Source of the DNA: Chitinophagaceae bacterium
GTDB taxonomy: Bacteria; Bacteroidota; Bacteroidia; Chitinophagales; Chitinophagaceae
Length of the DNA stretch: 64,000 nt
Assembly: GCA_026415715.1 (NCBI GenBank)
Contig: JAOAGO010000003.1
Location: 24,204-88,203 of the forward strand
Direction: 5' to 3'
The notes below the pieces were generated by a model. That model was not told the origin of the DNA. It made no database searches and saw only the letters and a list, made by a program, of their open reading frames with translations. Every line of letters starts with the position of its first letter. Positions within the stretch are counted from its first letter, which is position 1. Position numbers and translations under genes: made by a program. Positions 37,907-46,360 of the stretch are shown here, in pieces.

Positions 37907-38919
37907 GATTCCTCGGCCGTTTCGGTTTCCGTTGTTTGTTCGCCGGTATATTGGGAATGGAGTACTGCTGCCGGTATTCCGTTTTCGCAAAGCCATCGGC
38001 TAAACGTTTCAGTATATCCGTGCGTCACAAAAACTTTTCCGGCGCCGGTACCTTTCACTACGGCATTTAATGCGTTCCAGTCTGCATGATCACTTAACAC
38101 AAAACCTCTGTCGGCTGCCTGCCATCTCCGGGCTCCTCTTAATGCCATCCATCCGCTCACAATAGCAGTACGGTAGGGACCAAAACGCCTCAGCCATGGG
38201 GTGCCGTTTGCCGAAGAGGGAGCTATAACCAGGGCGCCTTTAAAAAGTCTGTTATCATATACTTCGCTTACCCGTAAGGTTTCGGGCAATTTGATGCCCG
38301 CTGCTTTGCAGGCCTCATTCATGGTGTGAACCGCTCCGTGTACAAAAACAGGCGAATCGGAAATTTGAAGATGAGCCAGCAGTCGTTGTGCTTTACCTAA
38401 CGAATAGGCAAACAGGATGGAACTTACTCCTTCACTTTTATTTTTCATCCACCAGCGCTGAATTTCCTGAAAAACCTGATCAGGAGGCGGCCATTGAAAA
38501 AAAGGAAGACCAAACGTAGACTCACTGATGAATACATGACATGGTGTTAATTCAAAATTTGTACTGATGCCATCATGATGCAGTTTATAATCGCCTGAAA
38601 ACACCCAGACTTTACCCTGATATTCAATCCGAATCTGAGCAGAACCCGGTATATGTCCGGCCGGATGAAGTGAAATCGTTACGCCATTAATGATAATTTT
38701 TTCATTGTATTCTACACTCTGAACATTAATGTCACCGAGTCGGGCTTTCAGGAGGGGTTTGGCATGATGATGACAAAGATAAGAACCGCAACCGCGACGG
38801 GCATGATCGGAATGGGCATGGGTGATTATTGCTTTAGGTACACTTTGCCAGGGATCGAGAAAAATGTCAGCCGGTTCGCAGTAGAGTCCATAAGGAGTGG
38901 AAATAATCAAATCTGACAT
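37903..38919 (-). CDS. Metallo-beta-lactamase fold exonuclease (ligase-associated DNA damage response exonuclease-like)
   Basis: 338 aa. HAHSDH (HxHxDH) motif and beta-CASP-like layout. Translationally coupled to the downstream ATP-dependent ligase. Confidence 0.75.
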   Translation of the reverse strand: MSDLIISTPYGLYCEPADIFLDPWQSVPKAIITHAHSDHARRGCGSYLCHHHAKPLLKARLGDINVQSVEYNEKIIINGVTISLHPAGHIPGSAQIRIEYQGKVWVFSGDYKLHHDGISTNFELTPCHVFISESTFGLPFFQWPPPDQVFQEIQRWWMKNKSEGVSSILFAYSLGKAQRLLAHLQISDSPVFVHGAVHTMNEACKAAGIKLPETLRVSEVYDNRLFKGALVIAPSSANGTPWLRRFGPYRTAIVSGWMALRGARRWQAADRGFVLSDHADWNALNAVVKGTGAGKVFVTHGYTETFSRWLCENGIPAAVLHSQYTGEQTTETETAEES

Positions 38920-38993
38920 GCAGTGAAAACGATTAAAAAAACAGAAAGTTCAGCTTTGATGTAAGGATATACTTAATGACATAAAATCAACAG

Positions 38994-39066
38994 AGCGGAA
39001 GACGGGACTCGAACCCGCTACCTACAGCTTGGGAAGCTGTCGCTCTACCTGGTGAGCTACTTCCGC
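38994..39066 (-). tRNA. tRNA-Gly (anticodon CCC)
   Basis: The reverse complement GCGGAAGTAGCTCACCAGGTAGAGCGACAGCTTCCCAAGCTGTAGGTAGCGGGTTCGAGTCCCGTCTTCCGCT folds as a cloverleaf. The anticodon loop is TTCCCAA and the T-loop is TTCGAGT. Confidence 0.88.
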
Positions 39067-39079
39067 TGGATTTCTAAAG

Positions 39080-39595
39080 TTACAAATTTACCGGCGAAAA
39101 ATACTTTTTAAACAGCCAACTTTCTCTTACCGGTATAATCCATTGTTCTTCCAGCTCTTTTTTGTTTTGTACAAGATTATTGAAGTATAATGTATCTTCC
39201 CGGATAAATCCGTTTTGAATGGCATAAGGCAACTGGGAAATGGGCAAAATTTCAATTTTGTCGTTCCTGTAAAATGCCAGGAGGCTGCGATTCATCAGCG
39301 AAACAGAAAACTGATTTTCTAAATCCCTGATAAATCTTACCGAACTGTCGGTACTGCATCCGCTTACTTCTGTTATTCGTGTATCTGCCATTAGAATGAT
39401 AAAATGGCCAAAAAAAATGTAAAAAGCCGAACGAACCGGCCGGCCGTGGCTGTGCCAGTTGGCAGTAAAATGTTTCAATTGTTCTTCCATCTGAAACATT
39501 TCGGGCAGGGTTAGCAACCGGTTGGATTGATAGACCCATACCCTTGCTTCAGACGAAAATGCAGGATCCAGAAGGTTTCGGAATTCAAGATTCAT
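39080..39595 (-). CDS. Hypothetical protein (171 aa)
   Basis: Clean ORF with an ATG start. No motif I can assign. Confidence 0.5.
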   Translation of the reverse strand: MNLEFRNLLDPAFSSEARVWVYQSNRLLTLPEMFQMEEQLKHFTANWHSHGRPVRSAFYIFFGHFIILMADTRITEVSGCSTDSSVRFIRDLENQFSVSLMNRSLLAFYRNDKIEILPISQLPYAIQNGFIREDTLYFNNLVQNKKELEEQWIIPVRESWLFKKYFSPVNL

Positions 39596-39615
39596 GGTAC
39601 AAAATTAAAAAAGGC

Positions 39616-40410
39616 TTACCGTTCATCATCTTCAACAAGATTTTCGGCAATCAGTTCGGCTACATCTTTCACCACAATTTCATTTTCTTTTTCGGCATGC
39701 TTTACACCGTCGGTCAGCATAGTGTTGCAGAACGGGCAGGCAGCCGCAATGGTTTTGGCTCCGGTTTCCAGTGCTTCTTTCGTTCTTTCAAAATTGATGC
39801 GGGTAATTCCCTTTTCCTCTTCTTTAAACATTTGAGCGCCGCCGGCGCCGCAACATAATCCTCGGGATCGGCAATGTTTCATTTCACGCAGTTCGGCTTT
39901 CAGCGCTTCTATCAATTTTCGCGGGGCCTCATAAATTTTATTGGCCCGCCCCAGATAACAACTGTCATGATAGGTAACGGCCCCGCCGTTCAGAGAGCGA
40001 TTTTCCCGAATCTTTATTTTTCCGTCTTCAATCAACTGATTCAGAAATACCGAGTGGTGAATGACTTCATATCGTCCGCCCAGAGGGGGATATTCATTTT
40101 TTAAAATATTGAAACAATGAGGGCACGCCGTCACAATTTTTTTTATATTATAACCATTAAGAATCTGAATATTCTGATATGCCATCATCTGAAACAAAAA
40201 TTCATTTCCTGCCCGGCGCACCGGGTCGCCGGTACAGAGTTCTTCTTTTCCTAATATGGCAAACGATATCCCTGCTTTTTGCAGAATATAAGCAAAAGCT
40301 CTGGTTATTTTCTGCGCTCTTTGATCGAACGAACCGGCGCAACCTACCCAAAATAGGATTTCCGGTGTTTTTCCTTCTGCCGCAAGGCTTGCCAGAGTGG
40401 GTATTTGCAT
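39616..40410 (-). CDS. (Fe-S)-binding protein with CCG-type cysteine-rich domains (heterodisulfide reductase/GlpC-like subunit)
   Basis: 264 aa. Cys motifs FWVGCAGSFD, TACPHCFN, LCCGAGGA and AACPFCNTML. No partner 4Fe-4S subunit is adjacent. Confidence 0.75.
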   Translation of the reverse strand: MQIPTLASLAAEGKTPEILFWVGCAGSFDQRAQKITRAFAYILQKAGISFAILGKEELCTGDPVRRAGNEFLFQMMAYQNIQILNGYNIKKIVTACPHCFNILKNEYPPLGGRYEVIHHSVFLNQLIEDGKIKIRENRSLNGGAVTYHDSCYLGRANKIYEAPRKLIEALKAELREMKHCRSRGLCCGAGGAQMFKEEEKGITRINFERTKEALETGAKTIAAACPFCNTMLTDGVKHAEKENEIVVKDVAELIAENLVEDDER

Positions 40411-40522
40411 AATTTTTTTCCAAACATACAGAAACTAAAGCAGATATTTTTTCTGTGTGCAGTAAAACAGCGGCTTTTTAAAATTTTAAATCCCGCAATC
40501 TTTTTTTATTTTGTCGCCTTTT

Positions 40523-41569
40523 ATGATGTGGAAAAAATTTTTTCAGAAGCTATTCAACTGGGAACTATGGAATTTTTATGTTCTTTACTTTCCCCTGGGT
40601 CCGGTTTGGTTATGGTATTGCCTCAGGAGCCGTTCATTCTGGTTTTTCAGTACATCCAATCCCACTATTACTTTTGGCGGGTTTGAGGGGGAAGGCAAAA
40701 AAGAAATATACGACCAGCTTCCGCCGCATCTGGTACCTAAAACTATATATATCCGGCACGACTGGCCTTTTGAGAAGGTAGTCCAAACCATTCGTGAATC
40801 AGGATTTGAGTTTCCGTTTGTGGTAAAGCCCGATATAGGCATGAAAGGAATTCTGTTTCGAAAAATAGACCGTGAAGAACAGCTCAGAAAATATCATGAA
40901 CGGATACCGGTGGAATATATTGTACAGGATCTGGTAACTCTTCCGGTAGAAGTCAGCGTGTTTTACTTTCGTTATCCCTGGGAAGAGAAAGGAACCGTAT
41001 CGGGATTCATTTTAAAGGAACTTTTGCAGGTTAAAGGCGACGGAACATCCACCCTGAAAGAACTTATACTGAAGCATCCCCGGGCAAAATTCAGAATGGC
41101 AGAAATGCAAAGAAGACATGGCCACCGCTTTGATCGTGTTATTCCGGACGGTGAAATTTTTTATTTGTCTTATGCCGGAAATCATAACCGCGGTGCACAT
41201 TTTACAAATCTGAACAACGAAATTGACGAAAACCTTTGTCGGGTATTTGACGATCTCAGCCACTACAACGGCAACTTTTATTACGGACGTTATGATATTA
41301 AAACCACTTCCATAGATGATTTAAAGCAAGGAAAAAATTTTTTGATACTGGAATTTAACGGCTGCGGCGCCGAACCGAATCATATTTATGACTGCGGAAT
41401 GAGTATCTGGCAGGCCTACGGTGAAATATTACGCCACTGGAAAGCTTTGTACAAAATCAGCCGATACAATCATCTGAACGGAACGCCTTACTGGCCTTTC
41501 TTTAAGGGATGGAAATATCTTTCGGATGCCAAAAAGCATTTTCGCCTGTTGGAAAAATTTGATATCTGA
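40523..41569 (+). CDS. ATP-grasp-like protein with N-terminal hydrophobic segment, function unknown
   Basis: ATG at 40523 preferred over TTG 40511. FPFVVKPDIGMKGILFRKI...EYIVQDLV...LEFNG resembles the ATP-grasp nucleotide-binding core. The assignment is tentative. Confidence 0.5.
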   Translation: MMWKKFFQKLFNWELWNFYVLYFPLGPVWLWYCLRSRSFWFFSTSNPTITFGGFEGEGKKEIYDQLPPHLVPKTIYIRHDWPFEKVVQTIRESGFEFPFVVKPDIGMKGILFRKIDREEQLRKYHERIPVEYIVQDLVTLPVEVSVFYFRYPWEEKGTVSGFILKELLQVKGDGTSTLKELILKHPRAKFRMAEMQRRHGHRFDRVIPDGEIFYLSYAGNHNRGAHFTNLNNEIDENLCRVFDDLSHYNGNFYYGRYDIKTTSIDDLKQGKNFLILEFNGCGAEPNHIYDCGMSIWQAYGEILRHWKALYKISRYNHLNGTPYWPFFKGWKYLSDAKKHFRLLEKFDI

Positions 41570-41605
41570 TTTGAATTGATTTTTGCTTACATTGCAAAAC
41601 AGCTT

Positions 41606-42316
41606 ATGCATCCGCTTTTCAGAATATTTGTTGTTGGCATGCTGGTGAGTTTTTTAGGCTCGCTTCCGCTGGGTACGCTGAATGTGGCTGCCATGCAAAT
41701 CTCCATATCCAGCGGCATCATTTCGGCTATGTTGTTTTCTGCCGGTTCGCTCACGGCAGAAATCATATATGTTCGTATTTCGCTGGTAGCCATTGACTGG
41801 ATCCGGAAACAGGAAAAAATACTAAAGGCGTTGGAGTGGATCAGCCTGATCATCGTCGTCAGCTTGGCTTTTTTCAGTTTTTACTCCGCTTTACATCCAA
41901 AAGTACAAAAGCACATCGTGTTGGATAGCCCCCTACCGAAATATCTGCTCGGATTATTCATGAGCGCCGTCAATCCGGTACAGATTCCTTTTTGGTTTGG
42001 CTGGAGTACGGTCCTGTTTTCCAAAAAAATTCTGATTCCCGAAGCGAATCATTATAATATTTATATCATAGGCATCGGACTGGGCACTTTTATCGGAAAT
42101 TGTATATTTATATTTGGCGGCCAACTATTGGCAGGAAGCATCCGGAACAATCAGGATATGATTCATTGGATTATTGGCGGTGTTTTTACCTTAACAGCTT
42201 TGATTCAGATTTGGAGAATACTTACCAAAAAAGATCCCGTACACCAACTGGAACATCCTGAAGATGAAATTCCCGAATTTGAGAAAAAACTGATTGAAAA
42301 AAATCTGAAATTATAA
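41606..42316 (+). CDS. LysE/RhtB-like membrane translocator
   Basis: ATG at 41606. About 6 TM helices. The N-terminal GSLPLGTLN motif resembles LysE-type exporters. Confidence 0.55.
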   Translation: MHPLFRIFVVGMLVSFLGSLPLGTLNVAAMQISISSGIISAMLFSAGSLTAEIIYVRISLVAIDWIRKQEKILKALEWISLIIVVSLAFFSFYSALHPKVQKHIVLDSPLPKYLLGLFMSAVNPVQIPFWFGWSTVLFSKKILIPEANHYNIYIIGIGLGTFIGNCIFIFGGQLLAGSIRNNQDMIHWIIGGVFTLTALIQIWRILTKKDPVHQLEHPEDEIPEFEKKLIEKNLKL

Positions 42317-42699
42317 CAGTATCTCCGGCTCTTTTTCCTTAACATCACGACAATATAATATATACCCTATTCAGGGTATTGTGGCTTAGAATTTCTGACG
42401 GTAATTTTATTCCGTAATTTCTTTTTCATTTACATAAAAATAATATCGCAATATATACAGTTAGCCATACATTTTTATCTTCCGACCCTGTCAAGGAAAG
42501 CCGCTACAGAATCACGGATGTCGTGTTGTTTAGCTGTAAAACCATTAAAGTGAACCGTATTGAAAGCGAAAGTGCATTCTACGCTCTTAAATTTTTGGCT
42601 GTTTACCGATACCTATTGAATACGGAGTTGGAGTTTTATCGTTGAGCATTTATCTGAAAGTATTCAAATCAATATAATTTTTATTGAAATGGAGAAGTG

Positions 42700-42725
42700 C
42701 CGGTCTGTCATGACCGGTTTTTTTT
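42700..42725 (+). terminator. Rho-independent terminator (+ strand polarity)
   Basis: CCGGTC-TGTCAT-GACCGG followed by 8 T. There is no A-run on the 5' side, so it is directional for + strand transcripts. It lies 384 nt after the nearest + strand stop codon. Confidence 0.6.
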
Positions 42726-42726
42726 A

Positions 42727-43263
42727 TCAGAGCCCTAATATTTTTGCATCAATGAAAAGCACGGTATTAATCTGAATTACATGGTCTGTTGTAATGAGCT
42801 GGTCGGTACGGGTTACCACTTTAATTTTAAATTTATCTTTCCTGATGTAATCTTTCAGATCTTCACCGGCTATATCACAGGTAAAAGTGTTCGTATTTTC
42901 GGGTACCGGTTGTTTCCAGGCTATTTTTCTTTCGGCCAGCCCTTCGGCCTGAATATAAAGTTCTATGGAGTTCAGAAAATTAAAATTTCCTCCCGATGGC
43001 GATTTCAATTGAAAAGTAATTTGTTTCAACACGGCCTTTTCCACCAGCTCTTTTTTGGTGTTGTTATTCTGAAATTCCGTCTCCGAAGCGGTGTTGATTT
43101 CAGGGGTAAAAATTTCAAACGGCACATGTACCGGAAAAGAACTGCGAATGACCACTTCGCTGTCAACGGAAAGATCAAATTGGGTCAGTTCGTCCAACTT
43201 TTTACAGGATACAAGGTTTATGACTAAAAATACAGAGACAAAAAAAATACTCTTAAATATCAT
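42727..43263 (-). CDS. Hypothetical lipoprotein
   Basis: Start at ATG 43263 gives MIFKSIFFVSVFLVINLVSCKK (lipobox-like). No recognisable domain. Confidence 0.55.
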   Translation of the reverse strand: MIFKSIFFVSVFLVINLVSCKKLDELTQFDLSVDSEVVIRSSFPVHVPFEIFTPEINTASETEFQNNNTKKELVEKAVLKQITFQLKSPSGGNFNFLNSIELYIQAEGLAERKIAWKQPVPENTNTFTCDIAGEDLKDYIRKDKFKIKVVTRTDQLITTDHVIQINTVLFIDAKILGL

Positions 43264-43369
43264 AGGAAATAATGGCTCAAATTTTATGCCAAAACATCTC
43301 ATCCTCAATCAACTTTGTCCGCTGATTTATCCATAATCAGTTTTCCTTAATTTTACCGAAAAATCTGTC

Positions 43370-43864
43370 TTGAAAATCTCATTAGTAGTAGCCGCAGCCC
43401 ATAACAATGTGATCGGAATAAACGGTAAAATACCGTGGCGTTTACCGAACGACATGAAACATTTCAAAAATATCACCTGGGGACTGCCGTTAATTATGGG
43501 ACGAAAAACTTTTGAATCATTAGGCCGGCCACTGCCCGGCCGAAAAAATATTATTCTTTCCCGCACTCCCCACCATTCCCATGAGAATGCCCTGTTTGTT
43601 AAAACCGTAAAAGATGCGCTGTTTGTAGCAGCACAAACAGATGCCAGAGAGGTGATGATTATCGGCGGCGGTGAAATTTATAAGTTATTTTTTAATAAAG
43701 CGAAAAGAATTTATCTGACCCGTGTGGATGACTCGCCGAAAGGTGATACATATTTCCCGGCCCTTTCGCCCAAATCATGGAAACTTGTCCATCAACAAAA
43801 TCACGAAGCAGATGATAAAAATCCGTTTAATCATTCCTTTCAGGTGTGGGAACGCATAAATTAA
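43370..43864 (+). CDS. folA: Dihydrofolate reductase
   Basis: VAAAHNNVIGINGKIPW, LIMGRKTFESLG and MIIGGGEIY motifs. A TTG start at 43370 is required, because no in-frame ATG lies upstream of the conserved N-terminus. Confidence 0.9.
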   Translation: MKISLVVAAAHNNVIGINGKIPWRLPNDMKHFKNITWGLPLIMGRKTFESLGRPLPGRKNIILSRTPHHSHENALFVKTVKDALFVAAQTDAREVMIIGGGEIYKLFFNKAKRIYLTRVDDSPKGDTYFPALSPKSWKLVHQQNHEADDKNPFNHSFQVWERIN

Positions 43865-43879
43865 CTTCCTGTTTTCGGC

Positions 43880-44677
43880 ATGATCAACACATACCTTGCG
43901 ACCCGTTTTTTGCAGCATTTCTTTTCTTCAAAAAGTAAAAAAGGCCACGGCATTCATTCGCCTTTTATGTACCATCTGGTAACTGAAGTGATGAACGATA
44001 AAACGGATTACCCGGAATTTACGGAAATAGAAAAGCTGAGGCTTCGATTGCTGGCCGATAAAAGACACATTACCGTAGAAGACTTTGGTGCCGGATCCCT
44101 CAGGCTTTCCCTGAATTCCCGTCGCAGAATCTGTGATATAGCCCGAACGGCATTGAAACCCCGCCGACAAGCTCAACTGCTTTATCGTTTGGTAAAATTT
44201 TTTAAACCCGGGCACATGATTGAACTGGGTACTTCATTCGGTATCACCACCTGTTATTTATCTCTGGCAAATCCTGAAAGTAAATTATATACTCTTGAAG
44301 GCGCAGCAGAAGTACTGGAAATAGCTAAAGAACATTTTCAATTGCTCGGAATTTCAAATATTACAGCCATACCCGGCCGTTTTGACGAAACCTTGCCCTC
44401 GCTTCTCGATAACTGTGAAAAGGTGGATTTTGCATTTTTAGACGGCAACCACCGGAAAGAACCAACGCTGAAATATTTTACCATGCTGGCCAAAAAATCT
44501 ACTGATGAAACAATAATCGTTACGGATGATATTTACTGGAGCGCTGAAATGACGGAAGCCTGGTATCATATTCAACATCATCCCTTGGTAACCGGCACTC
44601 TTGACTTTTTTCATTTCGGAATCGTTTTTTTCCGAAAAGATTTTCTGGCTCCGTGCCATGTGAAAGTGAGGTTATAG
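43880..44677 (+). CDS. Class I SAM-dependent (O-)methyltransferase
   Basis: 265 aa. Motif I-like IELGTSFGITT and FLDGNH typical of O-methyltransferase family 3-like proteins. Confidence 0.65.
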   Translation: MINTYLATRFLQHFFSSKSKKGHGIHSPFMYHLVTEVMNDKTDYPEFTEIEKLRLRLLADKRHITVEDFGAGSLRLSLNSRRRICDIARTALKPRRQAQLLYRLVKFFKPGHMIELGTSFGITTCYLSLANPESKLYTLEGAAEVLEIAKEHFQLLGISNITAIPGRFDETLPSLLDNCEKVDFAFLDGNHRKEPTLKYFTMLAKKSTDETIIVTDDIYWSAEMTEAWYHIQHHPLVTGTLDFFHFGIVFFRKDFLAPCHVKVRL

Positions 44678-44864
44678 ATAATTTTTTCTGAACGTTTTTT
44701 TCAGAAACTCATAAACCGCTGATAAAAATTAACATCCGTTCAAAAGAATTTTTTCATATCCAAAATCTTTTTTCAATAAATATATCCGGCAACGATTCCG
44801 TAAATCATAAAGTATTTTGTATGAATTTTGCTTGCGGGAAAAATTTTTCTCAACTATGAATATA

Positions 44865-44872
44865 TATATTTG
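44865..44872 (+). promoter_or_regulatory. Candidate -7 promoter box TATATTTG upstream of pntAA
   Basis: Exact TAnnTTTG match 23 nt upstream of ATG 44895. Confidence 0.35.
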
Positions 44873-44894
44873 TGATATATAATTATCTATACGC

Positions 44895-46010
44895 ATGATT
44901 CTGGGTATATTAAGAGAACCGGAATTTGAGTCAAGGGTTTCAATGACGGACGAATCCGTTTCACAATTAACCAAAAAAGGAATTCAGGTATATGTTGAAA
45001 AACAAGCCGGCGCAAAAGCATTTTGCGAAGACGCACAATACGAAGCGGCCGGAGCCCGTTTGCATGACAGAGCTGATATTCTGAAACAAAGCGATTTGCT
45101 TTTATCTATTCATCCCCCCGTCGAAAATGAAATTTCACTGCTTAACAAAAAAGTTCTGGTCGGTGTTTATCAGCCCTTATATCATCCGCAAATCATGAAA
45201 GCCTGGGCCTCTGCCGGACTTACCGTGTTTTCCTTAGACATGCTGCCCCGCACCACAAGAGCACAGGCAATGGACATACTCAGTTCGCAGGCAAATATTG
45301 CAGGTTATAAAGCAGTCATACTGGCGGCTCAGCTATACCCGCGGTATTTTCCCATGTTTATGACTGCTGCCGGAAGTATTAAACCCGCAAAAGTACTGGT
45401 GTTGGGCGCAGGAGTAGCCGGACTACAAGCTATTGCCACAGCCCGTCGGTTGGGCGCCGTAGTAGAAGTGTTTGATACCCGACCTGTCGTAAAAGAAGAA
45501 GTTATGAGCCTGGGCGCAAAATTTATAGAAGTAGAAGGAGCCGCCGATGCCAGCGCAGCCGGCGGTTATGCCGTGGAGCAATCTGAAGAATATCAGCGCA
45601 GGCAAAAACAAAAAATTGCCGAATCTATCGCAAAGGCAGATATTGTCATTACAACAGCTCAGATACCCGGAAAAAAGGCGCCGGTTCTCATTACGGAAGA
45701 AATGCTGAACACCATGCGAAAAGGATCTGTGATTATAGATATTGCTGCAGCTACGGGCGGAAACACGCCATTTACCAAAAACAATGAAATCATTAACTAC
45801 AATGGAATTACCATTGTGGGTAATTCAAATCTGGCGGCCACAATGCCTTACGATGCCAGCCGGCTGTACGGAAAAAACGTGTTGAATTTTCTTCAACTGA
45901 TCATTGAAAACGGACAGTTGCGGATAAACCGGGATGACGATCTGGTGGCAGGTTGTTGCATAACGCATAACGGAGAAGTGGTTCATGAAAAAATAAAATC
46001 ATTGTTATAA
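44895..46010 (+). CDS. pntAA: NAD(P) transhydrogenase subunit alpha, part 1
   Basis: 371 aa. Alanine dehydrogenase/PNT fold with NAD-binding VLVLGAGVAGLQAI. Confidence 0.9.
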   Translation: MILGILREPEFESRVSMTDESVSQLTKKGIQVYVEKQAGAKAFCEDAQYEAAGARLHDRADILKQSDLLLSIHPPVENEISLLNKKVLVGVYQPLYHPQIMKAWASAGLTVFSLDMLPRTTRAQAMDILSSQANIAGYKAVILAAQLYPRYFPMFMTAAGSIKPAKVLVLGAGVAGLQAIATARRLGAVVEVFDTRPVVKEEVMSLGAKFIEVEGAADASAAGGYAVEQSEEYQRRQKQKIAESIAKADIVITTAQIPGKKAPVLITEEMLNTMRKGSVIIDIAAATGGNTPFTKNNEIINYNGITIVGNSNLAATMPYDASRLYGKNVLNFLQLIIENGQLRINRDDDLVAGCCITHNGEVVHEKIKSLL

Positions 46011-46018
46011 ATTTTATT

Positions 46019-46327
46019 ATGGAAAATTTTCTTCAATGGATTTCGGCCAATGAGCAATTGCTGTATATTTTGGTGCTGGTCATTTTTCTGGGTTTTGTAG
46101 TCATCAGCAGAGTGCCAACTATATTACACACGCCGCTCATGAGTCATGCCAACGCCATCAGCGGAGTGGTTATCATCGGCGCCATCATTGTGATGGGTCG
46201 TGTGGAACCTGATAATTATGTGGCGCTGGCCCTGGGCTTACTGGCGGTAATAGCCGGCACGATAAACGTGGTGGGCGGATTTGTGGTTACCGACCGAATG
46301 ATGGAGATGTTTAAAAAGAAAAAATAA
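46019..46327 (+). CDS. pntAB: NAD(P) transhydrogenase subunit alpha, part 2 (membrane)
   Basis: 102 aa, about 3 TM helices. It sits between pntAA and pntB as in split-alpha transhydrogenases. Confidence 0.85.
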   Translation: MENFLQWISANEQLLYILVLVIFLGFVVISRVPTILHTPLMSHANAISGVVIIGAIIVMGRVEPDNYVALALGLLAVIAGTINVVGGFVVTDRMMEMFKKKK

Positions 46328-46360
46328 GTCAAAAGATTCAGAAGACAACAAAAACATTTT

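Noticed and set aside
39616-40410. Orphan CCG-domain Fe-S subunit considered as part of a novel redox system
   Set aside because: The flanking genes are a hypothetical protein and a divergent ATP-grasp-like gene, with no operon linkage. The usual 4Fe-4S partner may simply be encoded elsewhere. The evidence is insufficient.
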